The position numbers were made by a program, and so were the translations under genes. A DNA stretch of 63,479 nucleotides, the filler included, from Saprolegnia diclina VS20 (Eukaryota): NCBI RefSeq assembly GCF_000281045.1. It is 4 parts of 2 records of this genome, joined end to end, with 100 filler letters (N's around TTAATTAATTAA, not from the genome) between each part and the next. Parts side by side here need not be neighbours in the genome. Positions count along the whole stretch, not along the records: positions 40,701 to 54,960 come from NW_008246129.1; positions 55,061 to 63,479 come from NW_008246131.1; 2 more parts are not named here. One strand, written 5' to 3'. Below, in pieces: positions 48,491 through 60,900 of this stretch. Under the pieces are notes generated by a model. The model was not told the DNA's origin and searched no databases. It saw nothing but the letters and a program-made list of their open reading frames with translations. Each line of letters starts with the position of its first letter. Position 1 is the first letter of the stretch.

Positions 48491-49365
48491 ATGGAAGATC
48501 TGGACGACGAGCCAGCGCTCCATGCGGACGCCAATGGCGAGATCCACCTGAACCATGGCACGTGGATTCGTCTGGATGACGTCATCTGGACACAGGGCCA
48601 GCGCCTTCTCGTGCTCAACGTTGAGGGCAACCAGATTCTGGAGCTGCCGCCGCTGCTCGGCAACCTCGTGCTCCTGCGCGTCCTCAATGTGGCCTCGAAC
48701 CGCCTCACGGCCCTGCCTGACGAGATCGGGTACTGCGCCCAGCTGCTGCATTTGCACGTGCAGCACAACTATCTCAAAGCAATACCCAAAGGTACCGACG
48801 GTCTCTCGCGTACGCGACTCATCGGGAGCAGGCATCCAAGGCTGCCAGCGCCTCGAGCTTCTCGACGCGAGCGAGAACAACCTCAAGACGCTTCCGATCG
48901 AGATGCGCAAACTGCCGGAAATTCAGACCATCGACGTGCGCAACAACCAGCTCGTGAGCCTCCCGCCCGTGCTGAGCGACTGCCCACGCCTCATAACCCT
49001 CGCCTGCGACGGCAACAAAGACTTGACGCAGATCCCAGAGTCCCTCCGCGACAACTCGCGCCTCGTGCTCTGGATTCTTCAGCGCCTCAAAGGTGCGCGT
49101 TTGACCAACGACCTGAGCTGCCTCTTCCGTAGAGCACGCGGTCGAAATCAAGCACATGACCGACATCAACAACGACCTCGAGGCTGCGGCCCGGCGCGCC
49201 GACGACGAGAAGCTTCAGCTCAAAGACGCCATCGTGCACTTGGAGCGCGAGAAGAAGGCCCTTTTGGACGAGCGACCAGACAAGTACCTCAAGCTCAAGA
49301 CCCACGTGCAGGCCGCGGCGATCAAGTCGCTCGACGTCACGTCGCAAGTGTGCAGGCTCATGTAA
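48491..49365 (+). CDS. Leucine-rich repeat protein with coiled coil and C-terminal CaaX (CRLM)
   Basis: About 6 LxxLxxxxNxLxxLP repeats over 2 exons, then a coiled-coil exon ending VCRLM*. Confidence 0.85.
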
Positions 49366-49498
49366 AGAATGCATTACAGTGGTGTTGATACCTACGCGTT
49401 GCGGCTCGGTCTTCTCCGAGGGCGATGCTTCTGCGAGCCGCCTCCTTCCGCGCGTCGAGTGCGCGGACGAACAAGAGTAGCAATGGTCCGTGCGCCCC

Positions 49499-52400
49499 TT
49501 ATCTGCCGCGACCGCGACCGCCCTGCTGTCCGCGCGGACGCATGATCTGCACCGGCGGTCCCGTGTTGCGGTTGCCCCCGAGAAACGACTCGAGCGAGTC
49601 CCACGTGGCACCGCGCCCGTGGGCGTTGGCGTACATGTACGACTGGTCGCCCTCCCGGCGCTGCTGCTGCTGGCGCCGACGGCTCTCGTGGTACTGCTGC
49701 GTCGGGTTGGGTGTGTGCGTTGGCGACGCGAGCGCTTCGTCCTGCGCGAGGAGCTCGTCGCGCTCGACGTTCAAGAGCACGAGACGCTTGAGCTCTGATT
49801 GTTCCTTCTTCCCGGACGCTTCCTGGCGCTGGCTGTGCTGCGCAAGCGACGTTTCTTGCGGCACGAGGATCTCGCGGGCTTCGAGCTTGCCCTTGTTGCC
49901 GCGCTTGAGTAGACGGAAGACCACGGACGAGTCGTCCTTCGGGGTCTCGAGGTGGTGCGTCGTCTTGACGACAGTCGGAATCGCCATCTTGTCGGCGTTG
50001 CCACGCGGCGCGAGCTTGCGCGCGTCCGAGCCGCTGAGCATGAGCGCGCGAAAAGCCTTGTCAAACTCGTCGTCCTCCGGCGTCGTCACGGGCTGCTGGT
50101 GCTTGACGATGATCTGCTCGTCTTCGCTCTCGCTCTCACTCTCCTCACTCTCACCGCTCTCGCTCTCGCCGCTTTCAGGCGCATCGTCGCCGTGCTCGTC
50201 CAGATCGCCGTCGCTCTCATCGCCGCTTTCATCGTCGTCATTCTCATTGTTTTCGTTCTCGTCGTCGTCGTCGTCCTCGGCAATCGACACAATGGCCCCC
50301 TTGGAAGCCTGCGCACCGTTCTTGGCCTGCGTGCGCTCTGCGACTTGGAGCTCCAACGCAAAAATGGCTTGGACGGACGCGTCAGCCTCGGCAAACGTCG
50401 CAAATCGCATCGGTTTTTCTACAAATTCAAGTCAAATTTCATGCATCAAGACCGAAGCTACCTTTCGGGTGCAAGAGCTCGAGCAAATCGAGCACGACAA
50501 ACTCCGTCTCGAGCGGAATCTCGGATTTGGCGAGGCAGTAGTGCTGGAAGAAGACGAGGAACCGGTCCAGCTTCTTCCGGGTCACACCGCGGTCGAACCC
50601 TTGACCGCACGTCTCCAAGAGTGCGCACATGAGGCGGATGCGAAACACGTTGCGGTCGTCGTCCACGTCGCTCGGCACGCGCGGATCGTACCTACGACGA
50701 AGACGATATGCACCTGGACATTAATCGTCACAGAAGCTACTTCATATCGGGCACGAGCTCGAGGCGACGCAGCGCGTCGTCCGTCAACGGCGTCTCCATC
50801 GGACCTGCCGTCGTGTCGTGGCCGTGCTGCAGCAGCCAGTAGAGCGTCTCAAAGATGACGACCGAGTTGACGAGGCCGTGCGTGTAGAGCTCGCCGAGGA
50901 GCTTGATGAGGCCGAGACAGCGCTGGTGGTACTTGTAGCTGTTGAGCGTCAAGAGAAAACGAAGCATCTCGATCGTCGTGTCCACGAGGTGCACTCCCAG
51001 CTCCTCGTGCATGCTACATCCATAAGTAATGCGACCCTTCTTCGTTTGAAGCTGCCTACCGCGCAAGACCCGCGACGACGTCGCAAACAAGGCTCAGCTG
51101 GAGCACTTGAGACTTGGCAACGTGGAGTACGGCCTTGACCACATACTGCACCACGACCGGGTCGTCCCAGTTGAGCTTGCGGCAGACGCGGACGACACGT
51201 CCGACGCCGTCCGGCCGCAGCGTCACGAGGCGCGAGAGGATGAAGAGGTAGACCGGGTCCTTGGGTGCCTTGACGCGGGCGACGCGCTCCGGTGGCTTGC
51301 ACATGTAGTAGGCGTTCATGACGAGCGTTTCCGCGAGCGGGTCGAGGTGCTTGGCCGTCTTGAGGCGCATCATAATGTCGAGGCTCATGGCCGTGCGCGC
51401 GTGCGTGTACTTGTTGCAGTAGAGGTACCGCCCGCACGTCTCGAGAAACGTGGTGGCGAGCACGACGTTGTGGCCTTGAAAGTCGGCAAAGAGCCGCTGA
51501 AGGCAGCGAAACCCCGTGTTGGGCGGGCAGAGCTTGAACTTGGTGAGCTCGCCCAGGAACCGGATGTTCTTGACCTTGGACTCGAGCCGGTACTGGTTCT
51601 TCTTCTTCTGGAAGTAGTTGAACTCTTGCACGAGCATTTTCACGAGGCTGCCGCCAATATCGTCCTTGAGCACGCTGTGGAGCGTCGCGGCGAGGCGCGA
51701 GTAGTACGCGAGAAGCTCCAGATGCGTCCGAGGCACGCTGAAGAGCGTCTGCACGAGCCTACGTCCGCGCAAATCACATGACTGGGCCCGTCACGCATCA
51801 ACGTACCGAGCACGCGCCGCCTTCGAGTTGGTGTAGCAGAACGCAATGGCCGCCTTGTCGCACCGGTCCCGGTTCACCATGTCTTCGAGCGTCGCAAAGT
51901 ACGCGTCCATCTGGTGGTGGTATGACACGGCCTTGGCATCCTTTGACTTCTCGTCCTCCGCGGTCGGGGCCGGCGCCGACGCGTCATCGCCCGCAGCTTC
52001 GGTCGCGTCATCACCTGCAGCTTCTGTCGCGTCGACCATGTCTTCCACCGCTGTGTCCGCATCCGGCTCGTCGGCTGGCGGCTCGTCAGCTTCTTCGACG
52101 GGCGCCGCTGCGTGCTTGGCCTTGAGCTCCGCGACTTCGGCCTCTGAGAGACCGAGCACGACTGCAGGCACAAGCTCGAGGAGGTCTGGGAGGTCTTCGT
52201 AGAACGAACGCGTGTCCTCGTCGTCGAACGGACCGTCCGCGTGGAGCTCGGCGCGGCCCTCGTTGCCGTCCCACACAAGCAGTTGCGAGTGCGCACCGTC
52301 GTCCGAGGTGTCGATGGGCAGCGCTGGCACAGGTTTCTGCAGCGCCTCCGAAAGCGTCGTGATACTCGACGTGAGCTTCTCGCAGAGCGTCGTGGCCGCA

Positions 52401-53221
52401 GCAAACTCGGCCGCGTGCTCCTCGCAGAGCTCGCCGCGGTTCGCCTCCTCCTTCAAGTTGCGTTTCTCGAGCTTTCGGACGGTCTGGTGCTGCGCAATGT
52501 ACATGCCGCCGATGAGCTCAAAGGCCTGGTCAAACACACTGCGGAACTGGTCCTGCATCGTCTGTGGCACGAGCGCCGACATGCCGGGGCCGAGGAACTC
52601 GGCGCCTGCGTACTTTGCAAAACTCACGAGCAGCGTCACGTCGAGCGGCGGTGCCTTCGTCGATGGCGTGCCCTTCTTGGCCGCGGCCTTGGCGTTCGGA
52701 TCTTCGCGCGCAACGACGCGCTGGAGGATGCCAAAGATGACTTGAATGTCCACGACCACTTGCACGAGGTAGAGCTCCGTGAGTACACGCAACGTGACAA
52801 GGCGCCGCTTGCTGTGCTTTTGCTTGGCAGCGGCGTCCGCGGGCGGATTCGGCGGGTTGAACGCCGCCGTGACGTACGCGGCGATCAGTGGGTCCGTGAG
52901 GTCGCTGGTCCCGTACCGCTGGTGCAGCGCGCTGATGACTTGGACGTGCGAGCCCACTTCGCTTGGCTTCAGCGTCACGATCGCCTCGACGAGGGCAACG
53001 ATGCACTCGCTCAAGTACCGCGTGAGGTTGAGCTCGGCCACGTCCTTGAGGCAAGCGGCGACGTTGGCGTCCGTAAGCACCTTGAGCTTCTTCACGAACG
53101 CGCTCGAGCGCTTGAGGTCGCTCTTGAGCTTCACACTGCCTTTAGCGATCGCCTTCTGCATCTCCGCGCAGGCGGACGCGCTGTTCTGCGCTCGGAGCGA
53201 CTCGCGCATGGACTCTTGCAT
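49499..53221 (-). CDS. UPF2: Regulator of nonsense transcripts 2 (UPF2)
   Basis: LKSDLKRSSAFVKKLK, FDDEDTRSFYEDLPDL, NIRFLGELTKF, FLETCGRYL and FRIRLMCALLETCG motifs (three MIF4G domains), acidic tract and UPF1-binding tail. Confidence 0.95.
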
Positions 53222-54602
53222 GCTGCTGCTCACTCGTCTGGGCTTGCGTCCCACAAATGCCCAACATCCGGATATCGCAACATACCGGATAACGGCCATT
53301 CGGTCATTTGCGATCTTCCATCCCATGGGCTGCACACGCTTGTTCCACGCGGGATGACGCTGCCGTAGATCGCGCGGTCGACTTGCTCTAGCGCCGCCAT
53401 CAAAGCCTACAGGATATGGAGACACGGTGGTTGATCGAGTCCAGAATAGATGCTTCTTGTCGCCTTATTTACGCTAGGTTTAGGCACTGGAAATTAGATC
53501 CAAGTTCGAGTCCCTTACAGAGCCCCACGTTCTGTTTGCACGCACCTTTCTCGCCGCTCAAGTAGAAGCCGCGTGGGAGGCCACTTTCTCATCGGCACTA
53601 ACGTAATCGTTTATCGGTGGCCGCCGTCGCGGACGTGGTTCCCCCGTCGCCAACCAACGTCACACAAAAGCATCGGCAGTTACAACGCCATCGTCATCGT
53701 CAAGGGTGTGTTTCGCCTTGGTGGGGCGTGCTGACGCTAGTACTGTGTAGATGGGGCTGTGACGCGGCTCTTTGGGGATTTCTTCTTCGACACAGACGGG
53801 CTCGGCTCGAGGACTGCAGTGCGCGTACAACGTAGGTGCCGGTGTAGGTGCAACGGACACGTATATCGGTGCGCTTGGGCTGGCGCTGGTGCCGGAGCGA
53901 TAGGCAGATACGTTGTTGCTTTACATGCATACGTTGATGCTGCCACATGTACTCGTACAATGCATGTACCATGTTCTTGCTTCATGGCTCTCACTCGTGC
54001 ACGGCCGCAGCTTGGCTGAAAGGTTGAGCACATGACTGCTCACATGTACCTCGCCGCACGTCGTGGCCGCACGCGGTGATGGGACGCCTGCCTCGTTGGG
54101 ACCCGGCGTGCTGCGTGGTCTCTTTCTCGCCACGACGGACTTGCATCTGGTTTGGCTTCCGTCGTGAGCTTCTTGGTTGCCTTTAGCGCGTTCATCGAAG
54201 CATCTCCGGCCTTCGTGTCAGGTTGGCGATCGCATCATGATCGAGCTAGATCAACCTGGTCGGCTCACGGCCACTGAGCCGTGCTTGCGATGTTGCTTAC
54301 GCTGGGCCACCATCAAGTGCCAGCGCTTCACGTCGTGGTCGACGCATCTTTACGCCCTTGGTAGACTCGAGTGGGACTTGGAACACTGTGTCGTGTCGGG
54401 CAAGATCGCCAAGACTCACGCTCCAGCCACCCCAACGACCCGACTCTTGTTGCAACGTCTTGTCGGGTTCGACATGTGTCGTCGTGACTGCCGGCCGCGA
54501 CCGCTTCTTGTATTCCTGGCACGTTCCTGGCGCACCGCTGGAGCGCCTTCTACTTCTCGCCCGACATGCAACACGACTTCGAATGGCTCGAACGCATAAA
54601 TC

Positions 54603-54865
54603 GGGTGCGGATTAAAAATGAGCGGAGCCCAGTAGAAAAATGAGCGAGGCCCAAAATGAGCGAAAATGGCGGAAAAATGAGCGAAATTGCCCACAATTAC
54701 CCTTCCCCTTTCCCTGGCAGAGCCTTTGGCGGGCCAAGAGTGCCGGCTCGGGTTAAATTGGACAACGGATTTAACCCTTTATACACATCGCGTCCGCTCA
54801 TTTTTCTGCCGTTTCCAGCCTCGCTCATTTTTCTACCGGGCTCCGCTCATTTTTAATCTTTTTTC
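54603..54865. mobile_element. Mutator-like MITE (263 bp)
   Basis: 41-bp inverted repeats (54610-54650 and 54818-54858, 1 mismatch) built of AAAATGAGCG iterations, flanked by a 10-bp direct repeat CGCATAAATC (54593-54602, 54866-54875). Confidence 0.85.
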
Positions 54866-54960
54866 CGCATAAATCTCGCTCGTTTTGGTCACCGGTCAGT
54901 CGCTTCACCGCGATCGATCGTTCCAGTTTGGCCGAGTTTGTTTGGCCGCTGTGCATCCGG

Positions 54961-55060
54961 NNNNNNNNNNNNNNNNNNNNNNNNNNNNNNNNNNNNNNNN
55001 NNNNTTAATTAATTAANNNNNNNNNNNNNNNNNNNNNNNNNNNNNNNNNNNNNNNNNNNN
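54961..55060. other. Artificial contig join (TTAATTAATTAA at 55005-55016)
   Basis: 100-nt N block with spacer. Confidence 0.95.
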
Positions 55061-55181
55061 TGAGCTGCGCGGCGTCGCGCTCGGTGACGAAATCCACTCG
55101 CTGCACCGCCTCCGGACCGCGCTCCAACCATATCACGAAGCCGCCTTGGAGCACCTTGGCTTTGTCTGGTTCAAGCGCTAA
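55061..55181 (+). CDS. 3' end of a helicase-associated (HA) repeat protein
   Basis: ...HEAALEHLGFVWFKR* is the typical end of an HA repeat. 5' part lost in the gap. Confidence 0.6.
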
Positions 55182-55239
55182 GACCGCGCGATCGCCCGCT
55201 GCATCGACGCATCTTCGCGCAACAAGTATTATATAATAC

Positions 55240-56976
55240 ATGACGGCGTACAAGCACGTGCTGGCGGCGCTCACGCGCTTCAACGCGCTGCACGGCCATC
55301 TCTGTGTGCCACCGCGCTTCGCTGTGCCCAAGGACGATGCGTCATGGCCCATCGCCCTGCGCAACGTCGACCTCGCCCATGCGCTGCACACGCTCGAGGT
55401 GCATGCGTACGCGCTCTCGACGGCCGAGCACACGACGGCCCATGACCTCGGCGTCGCGCTCGACGCCCCGCTCTGGGCCGACGTCTTCAAGATGCTGCGA
55501 ATCTACAAGAAGATGAATGGCGCTGCCGATGTGCCCATCGACTATGTCGTGCACGCCACGCGCAAGCGCGGCGCCGACGAAGCGCCGATCTGGCCATCGA
55601 CGTACGACGGTGTCAAGCTCGGCGAGGTCGCGCGCCGTGTGTGGCTCCTCTCGGCGCAGCTGCCGTCGCACCGCCAGGACGACCTCGCCGACGTCAAGTT
55701 TGCCTTTGATACGCCAACGTCGTGGGCGAACGTCTTGCGGGGCAAAGCTGCGTTTGTAGCTGTCTACGGCTACGACGACGTTCCGGCGTCGTACGTTGTC
55801 CCATTCGACGACCCGACGATGCCGATCGAGTGGCGCGGGTGCCGCTTGGGCCACTACCTACGACTGCACCGACAGTCGACAGGTCGCTCCTTTCGACCGA
55901 GCGCCGAGCCCCTCTACGTGCTGGCGGCTCGACCCAACCTGTCGCACCTCGATCGAGTCGTGCTCAGCCTCCAGATGTACGCGATGCTGTGCGGTGACAC
56001 GCTGGTCCCCCCAGCGTTTGTCGTGCCAGAGTTTAGCTCGCGCTGGCCCGCACCTCTCGGTCGTGTTGCTCTCGGCGACGCGGTGGCCTCGCTGCGAGCC
56101 GACGGTGGCGCTCTCTCGGCCCTCGAGCGCGCTGCTCTCAACGATGCTGGCTTTGTGTGGGATCCTCCCGCCGCAGCAAGGTGGCCCAATGTTCTAGCCG
56201 CGCTCTCCAAGTGGCGTGACGCGCACCGGGACAAGCCATTTGATGACGCGTTTGTGTGTCCGCTCGAGTGGCCCGCAGCGGTCGCAGGTCAACCGCTCGG
56301 GTACCTCGCGACGCTGCTCGAGGTCCACGACGACTTTAGCTCGGACGCCCAACGGCGGGCGGTGCGACTACATCGTATCGATCTCGACGCACGCTGGTCG
56401 GCCAAGCGCGCGGCTCTCGGGTTCTACTACGTGCTGCACCAGCACTCAGGTGTACCAAGCGACTTTGTCGTACCGTCCGATGGAGGTTGGCCACCGGCGG
56501 CGGCTGACATGCCCCTCGGCGCTGTTGTTCGATGGCTCCGGCAGGTGCCGCTTGCCGCAATGGTGTATGCAAGGCGGCGAGAGCTCGAAGCGCTTCAGTT
56601 TGAGTGGCTGTCGGCCAAGCCAGCGATGGCACCCGAGTTTACCGAGACTCGAGCCGAGTTGGCCAACGCCTCTGATGCGTTCAAGGTCAACAAGTCACCC
56701 AACACCGAGGCGTCGGTGCAAGCTACAGAGGCGAGGGAAGAGGACGTGGACTGGGTCAAGTGGACGATGGCGCTGACAACGTTCAAGATGCTGGACGGCC
56801 ACATTGACGTGCCGGCAGAGTATACTGTTCCAACGACCGATGCTCGGTGGCCTCCGCCGCTGCACGGATTCCCCCTCGGGGCGGTGCTCGCCGACGTCCG
56901 ATCTCGCGTCGTCGCACCGCCAACTTGGGTTCGCCACCAAGTGCAGCACATGGGAATGACCTTTGACGCCTCTTAG
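55240..56976 (+). CDS. Helicase-associated (HA) repeat protein without a helicase
   Basis: About 7 repeats of AL..Y...HG...VP..FVVP....WP......LG.....R.......L...GF.W. Intronless 578 aa. Confidence 0.85.
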   Translation: MTAYKHVLAALTRFNALHGHLCVPPRFAVPKDDASWPIALRNVDLAHALHTLEVHAYALSTAEHTTAHDLGVALDAPLWADVFKMLRIYKKMNGAADVPIDYVVHATRKRGADEAPIWPSTYDGVKLGEVARRVWLLSAQLPSHRQDDLADVKFAFDTPTSWANVLRGKAAFVAVYGYDDVPASYVVPFDDPTMPIEWRGCRLGHYLRLHRQSTGRSFRPSAEPLYVLAARPNLSHLDRVVLSLQMYAMLCGDTLVPPAFVVPEFSSRWPAPLGRVALGDAVASLRADGGALSALERAALNDAGFVWDPPAAARWPNVLAALSKWRDAHRDKPFDDAFVCPLEWPAAVAGQPLGYLATLLEVHDDFSSDAQRRAVRLHRIDLDARWSAKRAALGFYYVLHQHSGVPSDFVVPSDGGWPPAAADMPLGAVVRWLRQVPLAAMVYARRRELEALQFEWLSAKPAMAPEFTETRAELANASDAFKVNKSPNTEASVQATEAREEDVDWVKWTMALTTFKMLDGHIDVPAEYTVPTTDARWPPPLHGFPLGAVLADVRSRVVAPPTWVRHQVQHMGMTFDAS

Positions 56977-57904
56977 TCATCGAGCTCGTCGAGCCTAGAG
57001 CGCTGGCAAACCGCCGTCTTGTGTGTTAGGATACCCGAGTGTACTACTTCGTCATCGTACTGTAAACCTGCGGACTAGCCACAGTCGACAGAGAGATGAA
57101 AGACAACTTGACCACTTTGCAGTATTGCCCATCCGCTAGACGAGGGTGCTATAGGCTCCAAGCGCGTCAGCAACCTCGGGGCTGGCGACAGCTCGTGCGT
57201 CACCATCTCGTGTAAAGGCGGCGCTTCGTACGCGCCCTCGATGGGCCATTGCGGTTTCTCATCCTCCTACGCCGTAGCGCACACAGATTACACTGGGTTC
57301 AGCTCTGCTACTGTGCTGCTGATATGCAAGCGGCAGTAGCTCCCCTCACTCAGAGTCCTCGCGTCCACGGGAGCGGTGCACGCCCGCTGAGTGCCGCTTC
57401 AAGAGTCTCGCAGCGGTGCCACCTCTCTCGAGTGGCGGGTGCTGCGCTGCCGCGTGATGATGGCTGCACCGAGCCTCTGCCGTTGGCCGCCTACACTGTA
57501 CTACGTGGCAGCGCTGGCTTCTTCGCACCTTCTCGCCATGGCGACCGTCCGAGTCTGTCGACGGCGGGCGTGAGTAGTATCTTGCCTCGCGACTCACACC
57601 GGCTTGTCCCACGCTTTCAACACCGGTGTCGGGCGTCGGGCGCCGGCGGTCGGTGTCGGTGTCGTCGGTGCTGGAAGATCGCCATCTCGGGTAGACAGGC
57701 CGGCTGTAATTAAATAAATTGGCGTCATCATCGCAGTCATTTCACGCAGTGTCCCAGCGCTCGTGTATATTATTTCACGCACTTGCATAGCAACATCAAG
57801 TTGAAATAAATTATGTCGAAATAAAAAGCGCTGTCTCGCCGCGAACCGTGTGTAAGCCGCGCAAATTTTAATTCCGAGACAGGCGGTCTCTGCCACTAGC
57901 CAAG

Positions 57905-60900
57905 ATGGAGTGCGTCGGGCGACGGGTCTGGGCCTTCCACGGCGACGGCTGGCAGCTCGCGTCGGTCCTCGCGCCTGAGGCCGACAACGTCCTCGTGCAG
58001 CTACCCTCGGGCGCGGCCAAGGTCCCAGCCGCGGCCATTCACCCGTGCAACCCGGACGACCAGCGGCTCGACGGCGTCGACGACCTCACCGCGCTTGTGC
58101 ATTTGCACGAACCCGCGATCCTCAACACGCTCCAAGTGCGCTTCCAGAAGAAGCTCATCTACACGAGCACGGGCGCGATCCTCGTGGCCATCAACCCCTT
58201 CGCGGCGCTGCCAGCGCTGTACGCCGACGAGGCCAAGAAGTGCTACATGGAGCACGCGAGCACGGACGAAGCGCTGCCACCGCACGTCTACACGATCGCC
58301 GACAAGACGTTCCGCGCCATCACATCGGCATCGTGTAGCAACCAGAGCATTCTGGTCAGCGGCGAGTCGGGCGCGGGCAAGACCGAGACGACCAAGATCA
58401 TCATGAACTACCTCGCATCGGTCTCGAGCGTCAACCCGCAGGACGCGGCAAACGAGAAGGACAACGTGCGCGACCGCATCCTCGAGTCCAACCCGATCCT
58501 CGAAGCCTTCGGCAACGCCCGGACCAACCGCAACAACAACTCGTCCCGCTTTGGCAAGTTCATTCGCCTCGGCTTCGACCGCAGCGGGTCGCTCCTCGGC
58601 GCGTCCATCTCGACATACCTTCTCGAGCGCGTCCGGCTCGTCTCGCAGGCCAAAGGCGAGCGCAACTACCACATCTTTTACGAGCTCTTACGTGGCGCGT
58701 CGTCCGACGAGCTCCATGCGCTGGGTCTGACGCCGTCGATCGAGCACTATGGATACCTCAACAGCAGCCAGTGCGTGGACCGCAAGGACGGCGTCGACGA
58801 CAAGGTGCAGTTTGCGCTCACGCGGACGGCCATGACGACCGTCGGTCTCTCGCCCGTCGAGCAGTCGAGTGTTTTCCAGCTGCTCGCGGCGGTCCTGCAC
58901 CTCGGCAACCTCAAGTTTGTCAAAAAGGGCGTCGACGGCGCAACCTTTGCCGAGAGCAGCCACAGCCTCGTGCGCACCGTGTGCACGCTCCTCGGGCTCG
59001 TGTCGACGGACCTCGAGTCGGCGCTGTGTACGCGCGAGATCATTGCCGGCTTTGAGCCCGTGCGTATGAACCTCTCGGTCGAGACGGCTGGGATGATGCG
59101 GGACGTCCTCGCCAAGACGATCTACGCGCGCGTCTTTGACTGGCTCGTCGACCGCATCAACGTCTCGATCGCGTATTCGAGCAGCGGCAGCGAAGGCAGC
59201 AACCACAGCGGCGGCGCGTACCCGACGATCGGGATCGTCGACATCTTTGGCTTCGAGATCTTTGCGACCAACTCGCTCGAGCAGCTCTGCATCAACTTTG
59301 CCAACGAGAAGCTCCAGCAGCTCTTCGCCCGCTTCGTCTTTGAGATGGAGCAGAAGGAGTATGCGAAGGAGGCGATACCGTGGACGTTTGTCGCGTACCC
59401 CAACAACGACGCGGTCGTCGCGCTCTTCGAAGGCCGACCGAATGGCATCTTTTGTCTGCTTGACGAGCAGTCGCGGCTCTCAAAGGGCAACGACCGGACG
59501 CTCGCGGCCAAGTACTACGCAAGCTTTGCCAAGCACGCGCCGTTCTCAGCGTCCAAGCTCGAGCAAGGCCTCAACTGCTTCTCGATCCAACACTATGCGG
59601 GCAAGGTGCAGTACGCCACCAAGGGCTTTTGCGAGAAGAACAAGGACCACGTGCCCGACGAAGCGCTGATTGCACTGACGACCTCGAGCAACATCTTTGT
59701 GGCCGACCTCTTTGAGGACTGGGAGTACGCGTCGAACCGCGGCGACCACGACGACGTTCAGCGCCACTCGACGCCCGACTTGCACCCGGTGAGCGCCACC
59801 GCCAAGCTCCCGGCGCGGTCGTCGTTTTCGAGCCAGCCGTCGCTGTCGCCGTCGCGCAAGCTCAGCCACCGGAGCTCGTCCGTGTTAGCGTCGACGGTCT
59901 CGCTCAAGTTCAAAGTGCAGTTGTCGTCGCTGCTGGCGACCTTGTCGGCGTCGGTGCCGCACTTTATTCGGTGCATCAAGCCCAACGACGCGATGCAAGG
60001 CCACCTCTTTGACAAGCACCGGGTCCTCGAACAACTGCGCTGCTCGGGCCTTGTCGAGACGACCAAGATTTCGCGCATGGGCCTCCCGATCCGAATGGCG
60101 TTATCGGCCTTCCTCGAGCACTACCAGTGTCTGCACCCGACGCTGCGCAGCGTGGGCCGGCTGGTCCCCGCGCTGCAGACGCGGATCGCCGCGCCGTTCT
60201 ACATCGGGAAGACCAAGATGTTCCTGAGCCATGATGCGTTCGAGCAGCTTCAAGCAGCGGTGGTGACCACGCGGGCGAGCGCGGCCACGACGCTGCAGGC
60301 GCACGCGCGCCAACACCTCGCCACGCACAAGTACCAGCGTCTTCGCGCCAAAACGATTCTTGTCCAAGCGACCGTGCGCGGCTTCTTGGGGGCGCGTCGC
60401 TTCCGCACGCAGCGCGGTGCGGCCATGTGTCTGCAGCGCCATTGGCGGCAGCTCGTGCACTACCGCGCCTTCCTCCACAACGCCACGTGCATGCAGCGCG
60501 CGTGGAACATTCTCTTGCGCTGGAAGGCGGTTGTCGCCTACAAACACCGCTGCGTCGCCGCTCGCAACGAGCTTCTGTGCCGATACATCGGTGCTTGGCG
60601 TGCAGCCAAGGCGGCGGCGCTCGCTCGAGCCCTTGGCGCTGTACGTCACTGGCAGCGGTATCTCGAGCAGCAAAAGCACTACCGAGGCGTCCGTGTCGAC
60701 GTCATTCGGCAGTTTGTTCGCTGCTGCCGCGCCCGTCGCGCGTTGCGGGCGTCCGTCGTCAGCCACTGGCAAAGCATTGTCGCGGCCAACGCCCGCCGAC
60801 GAACGCATCTGGTGCTGCGCTTTGTACAGCAGCACCGCGACGCCAAGGAAGCGATCGAGGCGCAGGCGCGCAAGTGGAGTCTCGACCTCCTCGAGGCCGC

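Noticed and set aside
49425..53368. Long plus-strand ORFs (477 aa, 375 aa) overlapping UPF2
   Set aside because: Antisense shadows of GC-rich coding sequence. The same applies to shadows over the myosin and SUOX genes.
53500..53527. tRNA-like GTTCGAGTCCC...CCA
   Set aside because: The T-stem does not pair, and there is no acceptor 5' strand, D-arm or anticodon arm upstream.
53600..54140. Pro/Ala-rich minus-strand ORFs
   Set aside because: Low complexity, frames are inconsistent and no family is recognisable.
54300..54600. WD40-like peptide VVVTAGRDRFLYSWHV next to the MITE
   Set aside because: It is a single weak motif with no coherent exon chain. It could be a pseudogene remnant but is unsupported.
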